Positions 11,798 to 22,545 of a stretch of DNA of 64,000 nucleotides are shown here, one piece after another. The DNA comes from Candidatus Bathyarchaeota archaeon (GTDB taxonomy: Archaea; Thermoproteota; Bathyarchaeia; Bathyarchaeales; Bathycorpusculaceae): the NCBI GenBank assembly GCA_963717465.1, contig OY970340.1:960001-1024000 (forward strand). Direction: 5' to 3'. A program made the translations under genes and the position numbers. How positions within the stretch are numbered: the stretch's first letter is position 1; every line of letters begins with the position of its first letter. A model generated the notes under the pieces. It was not told where the DNA came from. It was given only the letters and a program-made list of their open reading frames with translations, and made no database searches.

Positions 11798-12620
11798 ATG
11801 GTCTAGCAACCTGATTTATTGGTTGACCTACCACTTGCGCTTCGATGCTTCCTAAGCCTTTTTCGCTTGCTAGTCGGATATGTTTTACTTCGTTAGGGTT
11901 AAATCCCATTACTCTGCAGGCAGTTGCATCTGTTGCAACGACATCTGTTCCCGCAATAATCAAATCCATTTTTACCGGTGTGCCATCCGTTGGTCCTTTT
12001 CCTTCCATGGCTACAAAGCCGTCTATCACGGTTAATGTGGGTTTTAGAACCGTGTTGATGTCGACTACAACGTCGCTTATTCCTCTTGCATGGTATTTTC
12101 CCTTAAATTTATCGGGTAATAGTCCGAACATGTTCTTCATCCCTAAAGTCACTTTTGTAGCCATGTGAGTTTTAAGTTTAGCAGCACTTATAATCGCTGA
12201 TTCAGTGACTAATCGCGGCACAGTAATATCTTTGAGTGTTTCCCCGTTTGGAATTTGCAGTTTAACTTTATCTTTTACATGTCGCAGGTTCAAATATTCT
12301 ACTTTGTTGCGAGTACACATCTCTTTCATTCCGGTGGCTACGAAGGCTTTGTCAGCGTTAGTCATGGTTGCGTCAGATTCTACAACAAAAATATCCTTAA
12401 TCGCCAGGTCTTTCAGCTTCATGATGATGGCTTCAACCACGATAGGATCCGTGGTGGCTCCTGTATCCCAAGTTTTAGTGGTGATAAAATTTACTTTGAT
12501 TAATGCTTTATTGTAGCCGGTTAAGGCTTTCTTGTAATTGATTAGGTCGAGGGCTTCGAAAACTGGTTGATGCCCTCGTTCACCTTTAACGATTGCCACA
12601 CAAGGTAAGATATTTCCCAT
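11778..12620 (-). CDS. DUF362 domain protein
   Basis: IKVNF..ATTDP, KLKTH..VTLGMKNMFG, IDGFVAMEGKGP, DVVATD. Confidence 0.85.
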   Translation of the reverse strand: MGNILPCVAIVKGERGHQPVFEALDLINYKKALTGYNKALIKVNFITTKTWDTGATTDPIVVEAIIMKLKDLAIKDIFVVESDATMTNADKAFVATGMKEMCTRNKVEYLNLRHVKDKVKLQIPNGETLKDITVPRLVTESAIISAAKLKTHMATKVTLGMKNMFGLLPDKFKGKYHARGISDVVVDINTVLKPTLTVIDGFVAMEGKGPTDGTPVKMDLIIAGTDVVATDATACRVMGFNPNEVKHIRLASEKGLGSIEAQVVGQPINQVARPFKPAKT

Positions 12621-12656
12621 AAGAATGGAATAATCAACCAGTTATAAATAATTTCA

Positions 12657-13325
12657 CTATCTTATCATCGTGCAAATGGCGGTTTGCCCATTTAAAACAG
12701 CTTCAATTCTTTCAGGATGCAAACCATTAACAACACAACACTCAATTCCGCTTTTCAAAAGAATTTTAGGCAGATGCTTATCAACACTTGTCCGCTTACC
12801 CAAACTCAAAAGCTGTTCCGCAGTTAATTCGTGGATCAATTCTACTTGTTTGCTCTTCTTTGGATCTTTATCGTACACGCCATCGACATCCGTTATCAAT
12901 AGGACTCTTCTCGTATTCAATTTTTTTGCAATATGGACTGCAATAGAATCAGAAGTAACATCCCAAGAATTCTCTAAATCGTCATCATCAAAAACCATCA
13001 TAGAAGGAAGCAAAATGGATAATTTGCCCGATTCCAGAATAACTTTCACGGATTCTAAGCTGTCTGCAGGTCTTGAATTATGAATTAAGTCTGTGAGCAA
13101 TAAGCCATATTGATCCATGCCTAAAATCGCCATTCTATGCGACGTTTGGTTCGAAAGAGCGAAAGTTTTATCCATTTTTCTTACAACATCTGCGAATTCT
13201 CCACCGCCAGGAATTATTATCATTGCGTGTTTTTCTGCTAATTCGCTTAGCTTAAGGCTTAGCTGGCGTAATTTTTTTGGTTTAAGCGTTAGACTGCCGC
13301 CCACTTTAACAACTGTTATTTCCAT
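12657..13325 (-). CDS. mfnE: [5-(aminomethyl)furan-3-yl]methyl phosphate kinase (amino-acid kinase family)
   Basis: VKVGGSL, PGGGEFAD, SWDVTSDS, TDVDGVY; operon context. Confidence 0.8.
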   Translation of the reverse strand: MEITVVKVGGSLTLKPKKLRQLSLKLSELAEKHAMIIIPGGGEFADVVRKMDKTFALSNQTSHRMAILGMDQYGLLLTDLIHNSRPADSLESVKVILESGKLSILLPSMMVFDDDDLENSWDVTSDSIAVHIAKKLNTRRVLLITDVDGVYDKDPKKSKQVELIHELTAEQLLSLGKRTSVDKHLPKILLKSGIECCVVNGLHPERIEAVLNGQTAICTMIR

Positions 13326-14383
13326 TTGATTTTTTCTCCCGCAAGTCTATTCGCAGTCAATAGGGCAACGCCTACTGCTGGAGACGCTAAAACAGCGGTT
13401 CTATGCATTAGATCGCTTAAATCAATAATTTTGTCAACGCCGATTGATTGGGCAGCTTTTTTAGCAATGAACTCTTTGCCTAAACCAGTGATTACCACTG
13501 GAACTTTCTCGGAGGTAAGCGATTTTAATCGTGAATAAACTTGATTTAAGCCTTCAGAAACTTGATGAATTTGCATGTCAGAAATGCACTGTGCTATTTC
13601 CGTAATTTCTTGCTTTGTTAACATTTCAGTGTCGGCGCATACTACTCTGGCAAGCCTTGCCGACGTTTCTTTTCTGGTTTTTCCTCTTCCATCAGCTGTT
13701 TCGCTGATATAGTCTTTAACGGTTATGTGATTTAATATTAAGTGGGCATCGCCGCTTAACGCAAAAAGCTCTGATGAAACTCTTGCTACACAATTTTTTA
13801 TGGGAATGAAGTTGACGATTGTTGCAACGTTAGTACGCAAGCTTCCAGTATACACTAATTCTCCACACATCAGCTTAGCCAAGTCAGTTTTGCCTTTCAC
13901 TGAAACTTGCCCGTTTACGATGGGAATTATGCTGGTGCTGGTGCTTCCAACATCAACCACAACGCAATTCGTGATATGCTGAGCTACTAGCCAGCCTGTT
14001 GCTGCCCAATTTGCCGAAGCAACTTTCAATGGCTCCTTTTTGGCTTTATTTATCGATAGCAGTTCTGCATCAACGTTTAAAACATAAATGGGGACATTAC
14101 CAAAAGCCTGCTTAGCGCTCGACAGGATATGGTTGACTCCTTCACGTTTAGTTTGGTACGCGTCGGATAACTCCGCCGTCATCGTTAAGCCCACGCCGTC
14201 AAGATTTTTTCCGCAAAAACTTTTCTTAATCCTCAAAAGTGTGTCTGCAAGTTCGTCGCGTTTCTTCCAAACTGGAAAATATTTCACGGCAATTTTTGCA
14301 TCTTTAACTTTGCCTTTTTTCGTGCTTATGCATGCAACCTTAATGTTGGCGCCTCCAATATCCCAGCCCGTAACATTTACCAA
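13316..14383 (-). CDS. mfnF: Methanofuran biosynthesis coupling enzyme (hydantoinase A-like)
   Basis: GWDIGGANIK, TMTAELSD, ASANW, DVGSTSTSIIP, ELVYTG..RT. Confidence 0.85.
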   Translation of the reverse strand: MVNVTGWDIGGANIKVACISTKKGKVKDAKIAVKYFPVWKKRDELADTLLRIKKSFCGKNLDGVGLTMTAELSDAYQTKREGVNHILSSAKQAFGNVPIYVLNVDAELLSINKAKKEPLKVASANWAATGWLVAQHITNCVVVDVGSTSTSIIPIVNGQVSVKGKTDLAKLMCGELVYTGSLRTNVATIVNFIPIKNCVARVSSELFALSGDAHLILNHITVKDYISETADGRGKTRKETSARLARVVCADTEMLTKQEITEIAQCISDMQIHQVSEGLNQVYSRLKSLTSEKVPVVITGLGKEFIAKKAAQSIGVDKIIDLSDLMHRTAVLASPAVGVALLTANRLAGEKIKWK

Positions 14384-15618
14384 TCCTGTTTTCCCCCGTT
14401 GATAATGTTGAGATAGCGCTTTTTAACTTCTTTCAGACGCGACTCTGCTTCTTCAGCCGAATCAGTCTTGGAGGCGATGAGTGCAAAGGATTTTGAATCG
14501 CAAACTGGAAACGGCGGCGAAACAACTTCATTCATATGAAAAGTCTTCAAGAGAACATCAAGCGTCGGTTTTACAGTTTCTATTTTCGAAAAACAAGCAC
14601 ACCCTTGGCATCCAATCTCTTTGGGCAACTCGCTTTTCGGAACAGCATCCAATAACGCTTGAGCAACGTTAAACTTGGCAACCCTGCTCAGACCAACGTA
14701 GGAAGTCGTTAACCTGGGATTAACATCCACAACTACAGGCTCCTTCTCTGTCAAGATTAAGTCAACCCCAAAATACCCTCTTAAGCCTGGGAAAATCCCC
14801 GCGATTTTTTCTGCTATTGCGAATGCTTCTTGTTTTTGTGGATGAACAAGCGGAACTGTTCCGCCATTATAATTTGAAACTTCATCAGAATACCCCAAAG
14901 TTATATCTTGACTGTTTAAACTCAGTGGTAACGCTTTTTTCTCTGTTGCAATTAAGCTTACGCTCACTGCTTTACCCTTAATTAGCTCTTGTATTACGAA
15001 CTGTCTGCCAGAAGATTCAACTTTTATCTTCTTTATAGCTTTAGGTATTTGAGCGTCTTTTTCGACAACGCTTAATCCTCCGCAGCTCACCCCATCCAAC
15101 GGCTTAAAAATAACCGGGTAGTCAAACATGCTTTTCATGTGTGTTTTAATTTTTTCTAAATCATCAAGAACATTGCATGTTATTGTTTGGGGTGTTGGCA
15201 CACCTGCTTTTTCTAAGGTTTCATATAGAACGGCTTTGTTGGCAACTTTTTGAATAACGCTGCTTTGGCAGTTAAGCGATGCTACGCCGGAGTGCTCAAC
15301 GGTTTCGATAATTGATTTTAATGTTTGAGCCGTTTCAGGTGCAATCACGTAAGCAGCATCAGAGGCACTGAGGGCTTTTGCGAAGGCTTCTCGCGCAAAT
15401 TGAGAAGGAGGAAACTGGTATTATGCATTCAACGTCTAATAAAGGATTAAACTGTGAAATTCTTGAGTCAAGCAAAATCGTGACTTTGTGCCCTGCACCT
15501 TTAAGGTCGGAAACTAGGGTTCTTAGCATGCCGTATCCTTCACTTAGAACACTTGGTGGAATCGGCTTTGGCCTGCAAATCCACCTCCGCTGGCGTGCTC
15601 GTAAACCAGAAGCCTCAA
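14377..15618 (-). CDS. mfnD: ATP-grasp tyramine--L-glutamate ligase, frameshifted N-terminus
   Basis: N-terminal LLVYEHASGG and EGYGML; IAPE, KPLDGVSCGG, GYFGVD, VNPRLTTSY. Confidence 0.85.
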
Positions 15619-15666
15619 ATGCGTATTCTCCACGAATCGAAAAGGCGTCAATTGTTAAAGCTTTTT

Positions 15667-16792
15667 CTAAACTTGCAGGTCTTTCAGGAAGGCAACTGCA
15701 TTTTGTTTTCGAACATGAGGCATCACAACTATTCTTATGCAGTCTAACCGGGAATGTAAGAGATAAACCAGCCTTTACTCCGCAGTTTATCCGCTAACAG
15801 TTTTGTGTTCTCGCTTCGGAATGCTACAATATTTAAAATTGGTTTCGTTACAAGTTTGAATCCGTGGTTCTCAAGTTCAGTTGCTAAAAAATTTGTGGTT
15901 TTCATGCAGTTATCCACGATTTTCTTGAATCCCTCTTTTCCCAAGAACGTTAAGAACGGTCCATGATGCTGCAGCAGAAGCTCCTGTTCTTGTTCCAATA
16001 AACGTGTATTGGCTGTCTTCAGTCAAATAGGGCGTTTGGGTCTTTATGAATTCCAGCGTTTTGTTTTCTCTGAACAGTATGCCTCCTGCGGGAATAGTTG
16101 CCAACCCCATTTTATGCGGGTCAACTGTTATCGATTGAACGCCATCTAAACTGAAGTCAAAGCGAAATCGGGCATTTGGCAGAAATGGGATTACCAAACC
16201 GCCGAAAGCAGCGTCAACATGCAAGTATAATTTATGGTTTAAAGCGATTTCTGAGAGTTTTTCAATCGGGTCAACTACGCCAAGTTCAGGAGTGCCAGCT
16301 GAGCCTACAATGGCAACCGTGGAGTCGCTAATGCATTTTTCAACTGAGGAAGGATCAACCCTAAAAGAATCATCCAAATCTGCATAAACCGGCTTTAACT
16401 GCAGCATTTGACATATTTTCTTGAATGAGAAATGAGTTGATTCCGGCAATACAACTTCAGGTTCCTTAACATTAGCCATGTTTCGGGCAGCAAGTAAGCG
16501 CAAGCAAATTTGCTTCTGTGCCGCCTGAAACAATAAACCCGCAACCATTTTCATTGTTAAGCAGTAACGAAAGCTCTTGGATGGCTTCTTTTTCAAGTTG
16601 AATGCTTCCTTTGAAAAGCCCAGGATCACCAAGGTTTGAATCTAAGAATAGTTTATGTGCTTTCACTGCTAGCGGATGGGGTTTCGTGCACATTGAGCAA
16701 AGAATTTTGCCGTCTTTGTATTTTGAGTCTAATTTACTTATTTTCTTTAGCTTCGACATTGCTTCTTTTTCGCTTAAGCCTTTATGCCGCAA
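15667..16792 (-). CDS. mfnA: L-tyrosine/L-aspartate decarboxylase, frameshifted
   Basis: SMCTKPHP, NLGDPGLF, SGGTEAN, HVDAAFGG, DPHKMG (PLP Lys). Confidence 0.9.
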
Positions 16793-16796
16793 ATAA

Positions 16797-17540
16797 TTAA
16801 CCCTCTACTGCACTGTCGAAAGCTTTTTTACACTTTTTATTTCTTCGACAAGCTCGATTACTTTTTCTCGCGTGATTTCCCCTTTTACTGCGATCATTGT
16901 TTTTGCATGCTGCTCCTCTTAACCCGGCAACGTCAGCGCCTAAACCGTAAACTGTTTTTAAGTTTTCTTTTTTCAGTGATCCTGCCAAGTGCTGCTTCTA
17001 AACCGTGGTCATGTGCTGATTTTATGAATTTTTTTAGCTTGAGCAATTGTTAGGAAATCAAAGAGGCTTTTGCCGTCTTTAATCGAGGTGTCAATCATTG
17101 CGATGTCGACTTTAGCTTTGGAAGCTAATTCAGGAATAAGCAAGGGGTTAATTGAGTTGGCTTTTTCATGGTCGGCGTAGCCTACGGCGACAACTTTGAT
17201 TTTGGATTGAAGTCTTTAACGGCTTTGGTTCACGCTTTCCAATAATGCTGTGGCTTGGCTGGTTTTCACATCCTTTTAGCCCAACTTTAACGTAATTTAC
17301 GCCTAATGATGCGGCTCCAAGCGCTGCCAGTGACATTGAGCCTGGGATTTCAGGTGCTTCGCCGATGGTGCAGCTTAAAAGGATGTGTTTTGGCGTGATG
17401 TCTTTGATGCGTTTGATAGTCCATGGATAACTGGCGCCTAAAGAGCCTTCCAATGGGTTTTTGACATCAATTATGTCTGCTCCGTCAGTTATGGCTTGTG
17501 CCGCTTCTGTCTCATTCATGACGCTCAATAGCAACTTCAA
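16797..17540 (-). CDS. mfnB: (5-formylfuran-3-yl)methyl phosphate synthase, frameshifted
   Basis: KLLLSV..EA, GADIIDVKNPLEGSLGA, YVKVGL, LAGSL, GLRGAAC. Confidence 0.85.
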
Positions 17541-17625
17541 TAGGAATCATATTCATCCAATTGCCGTAAGTTTAAAAGTTTTACTGTGCGATAAGGATTA
17601 GGTTTTTTTAATAGGCTGAGCATGG

Positions 17626-18373
17626 TTGAAAGCGGCGTTAATCTTGAAAGTAATACCTGTAATCGACATTTTAAACGGGATAGCGGTCCATGCAGTGAGA
17701 GGAAAAAGAAAAGACTATCAACCACTGAAAAGCATACTAACAAGTTCAGTTGACCCTGTTGAGATTGCCAAAACATTTAGTCATTTGGGTTTTAGCGCCC
17801 TTTACGTGGCGGATTTAGATGCAATCATGGGTGGAAAAGCGAATTTTGAAGTTATAAAACGCATTACCCATGAAACTAACCTTGAATTGATGGTTGATTC
17901 AGGAATAACAGACAATAAAGCTATTGAGAAACTGTTAAAAATCAATGTGTCAAAAATCATCATTGGAACAGAAACATTAACCACAAAAAAATTCGTCGGG
18001 GACGCAGTTAGGCTTTATGGGGCAAACAGAATTATTGTTAGCATGGATTTTTTGGGGATGAAGTTAAGGTTAAATCTGGTTTTGATGGTCCAAAAAACTT
18101 TGAGGAGTCTTTTGTCTGATTTTGTGTCCGTTGGGGTTTTCCAGTTTATTGTTTTAGATTTGTCAAGGGTGGGCAGTGAAGAAGGCGTTAACTTGACGCT
18201 TCTAAAAAAGGCTAAGAGTAAAGATGTTAAGTTGTTTGCTGGCGGCGGGGTTAGGAGTTTTGATGATTTAGATGAGTTGAAACGGCTTGGTGTTTCAGGC
18301 GTGTTAGTAGCTACTGCTCTTGCATTCAGGTAAAATCAGAGTGGAAGATTTGAAGTTGGCAGAGATGCTTTAA
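17626..18373 (+). CDS. HisA/HisF-related TIM-barrel protein, frameshifted
   Basis: IPVIDILNGIAVHAVRG.R..YQP, YVADLDAI, LDLSRVGS, GGGVR, VATALH. Confidence 0.8.
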
Positions 18374-18386
18374 GAATATATTTTTG

Positions 18387-19110
18387 TTATTCAGCTTTGA
18401 GTAAGCATATGATTCCGCCTAACTGATTGATGCGTGTTCCAGCATTAGATTCAGCTTTAACAATTCTTGTTTTAACTTGTTTGTTTTGCGGCTATTTGTA
18501 TTAGCCTTTGAAGGCGGTTTTTGTTGCGGCTGTTTGCAAGGTAATTATCGGTAATCAGGAGGTATTCGGGTTTGGGTTTTTGGAGTGGTTGACTGTTTAA
18601 AATAATTTCTTCAGATTCTTCAAGAGAGAAACATGTTAGATTGTTGCCTGCGTTGAGGCGTTTTTCAATTATATCGAGAAGGTTTTCTGTTTCTTCAGCA
18701 GTTGTTTTTTCCACTAATTCTTTGAAAAGCGGTGTTTTTGTTAGGGTTGCAATTTGTGTTGGGGTGATTGCGGATCCAACTATTGTTGAGAAAGCGGCTT
18801 TGTTTTGTCCTTGGATTAGCCATGTGTGGTGTGTTTTTATGTGGTTTTGGAATTCTTGGGTAAAAGTTGTTTTTGATGGAGAGGCTATTATTATGCTTTT
18901 TACGCCTTCCTTTATTGTTGGTCTAATTGAGTTGATGATTGATTCGTGGAAGTTGTAGAGTGCTTTTGGGTCGTTCCTATTGCCGCCGAATGGGATTGTT
19001 TCTTTGTGCTTGGCTACTTGGCTGTAGATTCTCCATAAGGCTGCTTGAGATTGCTCGATCCCGATGAGAACTGCAATCGGGTAACCACGTTTGTAAGATT
19101 TAGGTTTCAT
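18387..19110 (-). CDS. Pelota/eRF1 domain 2-3-like protein, frameshifted near the C-terminus
   Basis: IIIASP..F, LLITD, and KTRIVKAESNAGTRINQLGGII after the shift; no N-terminal domain. Confidence 0.6.
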
Positions 19111-19179
19111 TTTCTGTTTTTTATGGGTTTAATGTGTGTATATGTATTATGCTCAGCTTTTTGTTTCTGCAATAGCAAA

Positions 19180-19719
19180 TTAGAGTTTTGCTTTAAGGGA
19201 TGTTTGTAGGTTTGATGGTGGTTGTGGTTGCGGGGAAGGTGGCGGGCTTGTGAATGGTTGCCTGACCTGAATTACAATTGTTCTAGCGAAGCGGTCACTG
19301 TATTTTTGGTGCCCATCGGGTCCTGGTATCAAAACTGCAAGTAGCCAATCAATCACTAATAGAAGCCAGTAGATTTTACTAATGTTACGTATAAATGAAC
19401 TGTAAGCAGTGACCTTCTGGTCGTTTTTCATTTGAACTTCGAAACCCAATATTTTTTTGCCTATGGTTGCTCCAATAAAAACTTCCAAAACGATGAAGTA
19501 AATAACCTCCACGATTCCTATTGTCAACGGGTAAGTGAGAACGTAGAATGGGGCTCCTAACCAGAAATATCCATGAGCACCAATAAAGTATGCTGCAGCA
19601 ATTATAAATGACATTATAATGCCCACTATAATTCCAATTATCAAGGTGTCTATGACGTATGCAATTAAACGTAAGAGCCAATGATTGAAATCAATGTGTC
19701 TACTAGAGCTATCTGTCAT
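19180..19719 (-). CDS. RDD family membrane protein
   Basis: RLIAYVID, GATIGKKILG, IRNISK, QKYSDRFA.T. Confidence 0.85.
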   Translation of the reverse strand: MTDSSSRHIDFNHWLLRLIAYVIDTLIIGIIVGIIMSFIIAAAYFIGAHGYFWLGAPFYVLTYPLTIGIVEVIYFIVLEVFIGATIGKKILGFEVQMKNDQKVTAYSSFIRNISKIYWLLLVIDWLLAVLIPGPDGHQKYSDRFARTIVIQVRQPFTSPPPSPQPQPPSNLQTSLKAKL

Positions 19720-19911
19720 GCTTAAAACACCATAAATAAACTCAGTTTACTCCGCTTATTAATGGTTACCTACAAAGCATTTGAAAACTTACTGCTGAAG
19801 GCTAATGTTCTCGTTAAAATCATGATGGCAAAGTGTTGCTGCAATAAATAATCCTTATATTCTATGGTAAACCTTGATTAAGGAATATAGAGTTCAGGAG
19901 TTTTAGGATTT

Positions 19912-20265
19912 ATGGAATTTTGCCCCGAATGTGGTTCTCGTATTGTGGCGAAAAAATCCCAAAAAGGTGCTGAAGTTGTTTTGGACTTTGTTTGTTCAAA
20001 ATGTAGCTACAAAAAGCAGCCTTCAGACAAAAAGGAGGAGCCAAAAGTGGGGAAAGTTATTCAGCATACCACTAAGCCGTCCATGACTGTTATTACCGAG
20101 GAAGACCAGAAGATTAAGACGATGCAGACGATAAGAATGAAATGCGATAAGTGCGGAAACAATTTAGTGTATGTTTGGCAAGTACAAACTCGGGGTGGAG
20201 ACGAAGCTTCAACCCAATTCATGCGATGCACAAAATGCGGTCATACTTTTCGAGAATACACATAA
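19912..20265 (+). CDS. tfs: Transcription factor S
   Basis: Two Zn ribbons; QTRGGDEAST acidic hairpin. Confidence 0.9.
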   Translation: MEFCPECGSRIVAKKSQKGAEVVLDFVCSKCSYKKQPSDKKEEPKVGKVIQHTTKPSMTVITEEDQKIKTMQTIRMKCDKCGNNLVYVWQVQTRGGDEASTQFMRCTKCGHTFREYT

Positions 20266-20384
20266 AAAAATTAATCTTTAAAATGGCCTTAGACAGTAAA
20301 AGCGTGCGAACAGCTTTTCTAAGCCAAGCTAATTTTATCTAATGAGAGCAAGCGGCAGCAAGAAAAAAAGTTTTTAATATCGAA

Positions 20385-20486
20385 TTATTTTTTATTCGCT
20401 TTTTTGGCGCAGGCATCGCTGCAAAACTTTTTCTTGCTGTCAAATGTGGTAAAGGTTTTTTTGCAAACTGGGCATTTCTTTTCCAT
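20385..20486 (-). CDS. 33-aa zinc-finger microprotein
   Basis: MEKKCPVCKKTFTTFDSKKKFCSDACAKKANKK; GAGGATGG upstream; not in the ORF track. Confidence 0.6.
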   Translation of the reverse strand: MEKKCPVCKKTFTTFDSKKKFCSDACAKKANKK

Positions 20487-20620
20487 GTTAAACCATCCTC
20501 TTCTTAATAGGGAATATCATATTTATAAGCCTAAAACTTTCTACGGCATCAAGCGGCAACGAACTTGAAAATCAGTTCTTAATGGATAAGTTCAAGAGAT
20601 ACAAAATTAAAGTTTTAGTC

Positions 20621-21304
20621 ATGGCAACAGTTAATAAAATGGTCAAGAAGGTCAAAGTTACAGAAAATGGTCCATACCTAGTTTCTGGCGAAATACCTGT
20701 CGCAGAGCAAATTGTTATTGCGGATAAGGATGGGACAGCTGTTGAGTGGCAAGAAGGGAAGAAGTATCCTGTTCAGAAAATTGTTTCTTTGTGTCGTTGT
20801 GGTCAATCGAACAATAAACCTTTTTGCGATGCAACCCATAAAAAAATCAACTTTAACGGTGCTGAAACAGCAAGCTTCGCTCCATGTCTTGATGGAGCAA
20901 AAGAAATTGACGGCCCCGCCTTGAAACTTGCTGATGTTGAAGATTTGTGTGCTTCAGCTTGTTTTTGTCACCGTGCAGGTGGAATCTGGAGTTTAATTCC
21001 TAAATCAAATATTCCTAAGACTAAAAAAATTGCGATTGAGGAAACCTGTGATTGCCCTTCGGGCAGGTTAAACCTTATGGACAACGAAACAAAGAAAATG
21101 ATTGAGCCAAAATTTACGCCATCAATCGGAATTATTGAAGATCCGGAAGATGGCATTAGCGGTCCGATTTGGCTGCGAGGTAGTATCCCCATTGAATCCG
21201 CCAAAGGAAAAACCTATGAAGTCAGGAACAGAGTAACTCTTTGCCGATGCGGAAAATCTAACAACAAACCTTTCTGTGATAGCAGCCATTACCCAGAAGA
21301 ATAA
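20621..21304 (+). CDS. CDGSH iron-sulfur protein with central ferredoxin-like domain
   Basis: Two LCRCG.S.NKPFCD..H motifs flanking CASA.FC...CPSGRL. Confidence 0.85.
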   Translation: MATVNKMVKKVKVTENGPYLVSGEIPVAEQIVIADKDGTAVEWQEGKKYPVQKIVSLCRCGQSNNKPFCDATHKKINFNGAETASFAPCLDGAKEIDGPALKLADVEDLCASACFCHRAGGIWSLIPKSNIPKTKKIAIEETCDCPSGRLNLMDNETKKMIEPKFTPSIGIIEDPEDGISGPIWLRGSIPIESAKGKTYEVRNRVTLCRCGKSNNKPFCDSSHYPEE

Positions 21305-21413
21305 TTTTCAGAAGAAAACCTTCAACTCATCATCTTTGCATCAGTTCATTTTGAGGGTTTTTCTGGAAGACTTTAAAAATTTCCAGTTTATCCCTTATTG
21401 ACGGGGAAAATGC

Positions 21414-22025
21414 TTGTCAATCGTGGGTTTAGACTTAGCTGGCGTGGAAAATAGACCGACTGGTTTTTGTCTTCTTCGCGGATTATGTTCTGAAACCGCT
21501 TTACTTTACACGAACGATGAAATAATAGGGAAAGTGCAAGAGGCTAAGCCTGTTGTGGTTGCGATTGATGCTCCTTTGAGTTTGCCGCCGGGTAGAAAGA
21601 CGATTCATGATCGCAATGGAAAGCACTTGCGGGAAAGTGACAGTGTGCTTCTGCGAAATGGAATCAAGTTTTTTCCCATAACTCTTGGTCCAATGCGCAA
21701 GTTAACTGAAAGAGGAATTCTCTTAAGAAGCATTCTTGAGGGTAAGCGTTTTACTGTGATTGAGGTTTATCCTGGTGGCGCTCAAGATGTATTTGGAATA
21801 CCAAGAAAACAACGCGGCTTAGATAAACTAAGAGCTGGATTAGAAAAATTAGGCATTACAGGATTGACGAGCAATTTAAGCGACCACGAATTGGATGCTG
21901 CCACTTGTGCCTATGTTGGAAAGCTCTTTTTGGATGGAAAAACTGTACATTTTGGACCTGAAAATGATGCGATAATTATGCCAAAGAGCCCCACTGCAAA
22001 TCATGCCCCGCCTAAACGAAAATGA
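21414..22025 (+). CDS. DUF429 family predicted nuclease (RNase H fold)
   Basis: VGLDLAG, VAIDAPLSLP, IEVYPGG, HELDAA. Confidence 0.8.
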   Translation: MSIVGLDLAGVENRPTGFCLLRGLCSETALLYTNDEIIGKVQEAKPVVVAIDAPLSLPPGRKTIHDRNGKHLRESDSVLLRNGIKFFPITLGPMRKLTERGILLRSILEGKRFTVIEVYPGGAQDVFGIPRKQRGLDKLRAGLEKLGITGLTSNLSDHELDAATCAYVGKLFLDGKTVHFGPENDAIIMPKSPTANHAPPKRK

Positions 22026-22075
22026 AAATGGAAGCCCGCACCTATTCTGCACGTGCGTAGTCTGAAAAGCGGGGT

Positions 22076-22384
22076 TTACCTTATATAGCTGCATCTTCCG
22101 CTGCTGTGTGATGCTTCTTCATCCAATGAGTTAGCATAGTCTTTGAAGCCTGTGTGAACCCTTGCTCTAATTTCAACGCGCAGCCTTGAAGCATTTTTTG
22201 CCCAGTTCTTCATCATCGTAAAAATCTTGTAAAAATTCATTTGCCTGGCAACGGCTAAGAAAGCAATCATGCCAATAGAAGCGTACAAAGCAGTAAGGGG
22301 ATTGATTGCGACTGCCAGCAAACACACGACGGCAACCAAGGCAACATAAATCATGTTTCTTATTTTTCGCATATCTGTTACCAA
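22076..22384 (-). CDS. Hypothetical membrane protein
   Basis: 102-aa ORF with two hydrophobic segments. Confidence 0.5.
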   Translation of the reverse strand: MVTDMRKIRNMIYVALVAVVCLLAVAINPLTALYASIGMIAFLAVARQMNFYKIFTMMKNWAKNASRLRVEIRARVHTGFKDYANSLDEEASHSSGRCSYIR

Positions 22385-22545
22385 GGTTTCATAGGAGTAG
22401 GTTGCTAAAGGCTTTTTTACAGTGCGATGGGCATGGGAATGTTTTACGCAAGAGACAAGTTTGTTTCTTCATCTAAAATTATTTGTTAGTTTTGGTCATT
22501 ATTGGGGTTTGACATAGACAAGCGAGAATATGTTTATTTTTGTTT

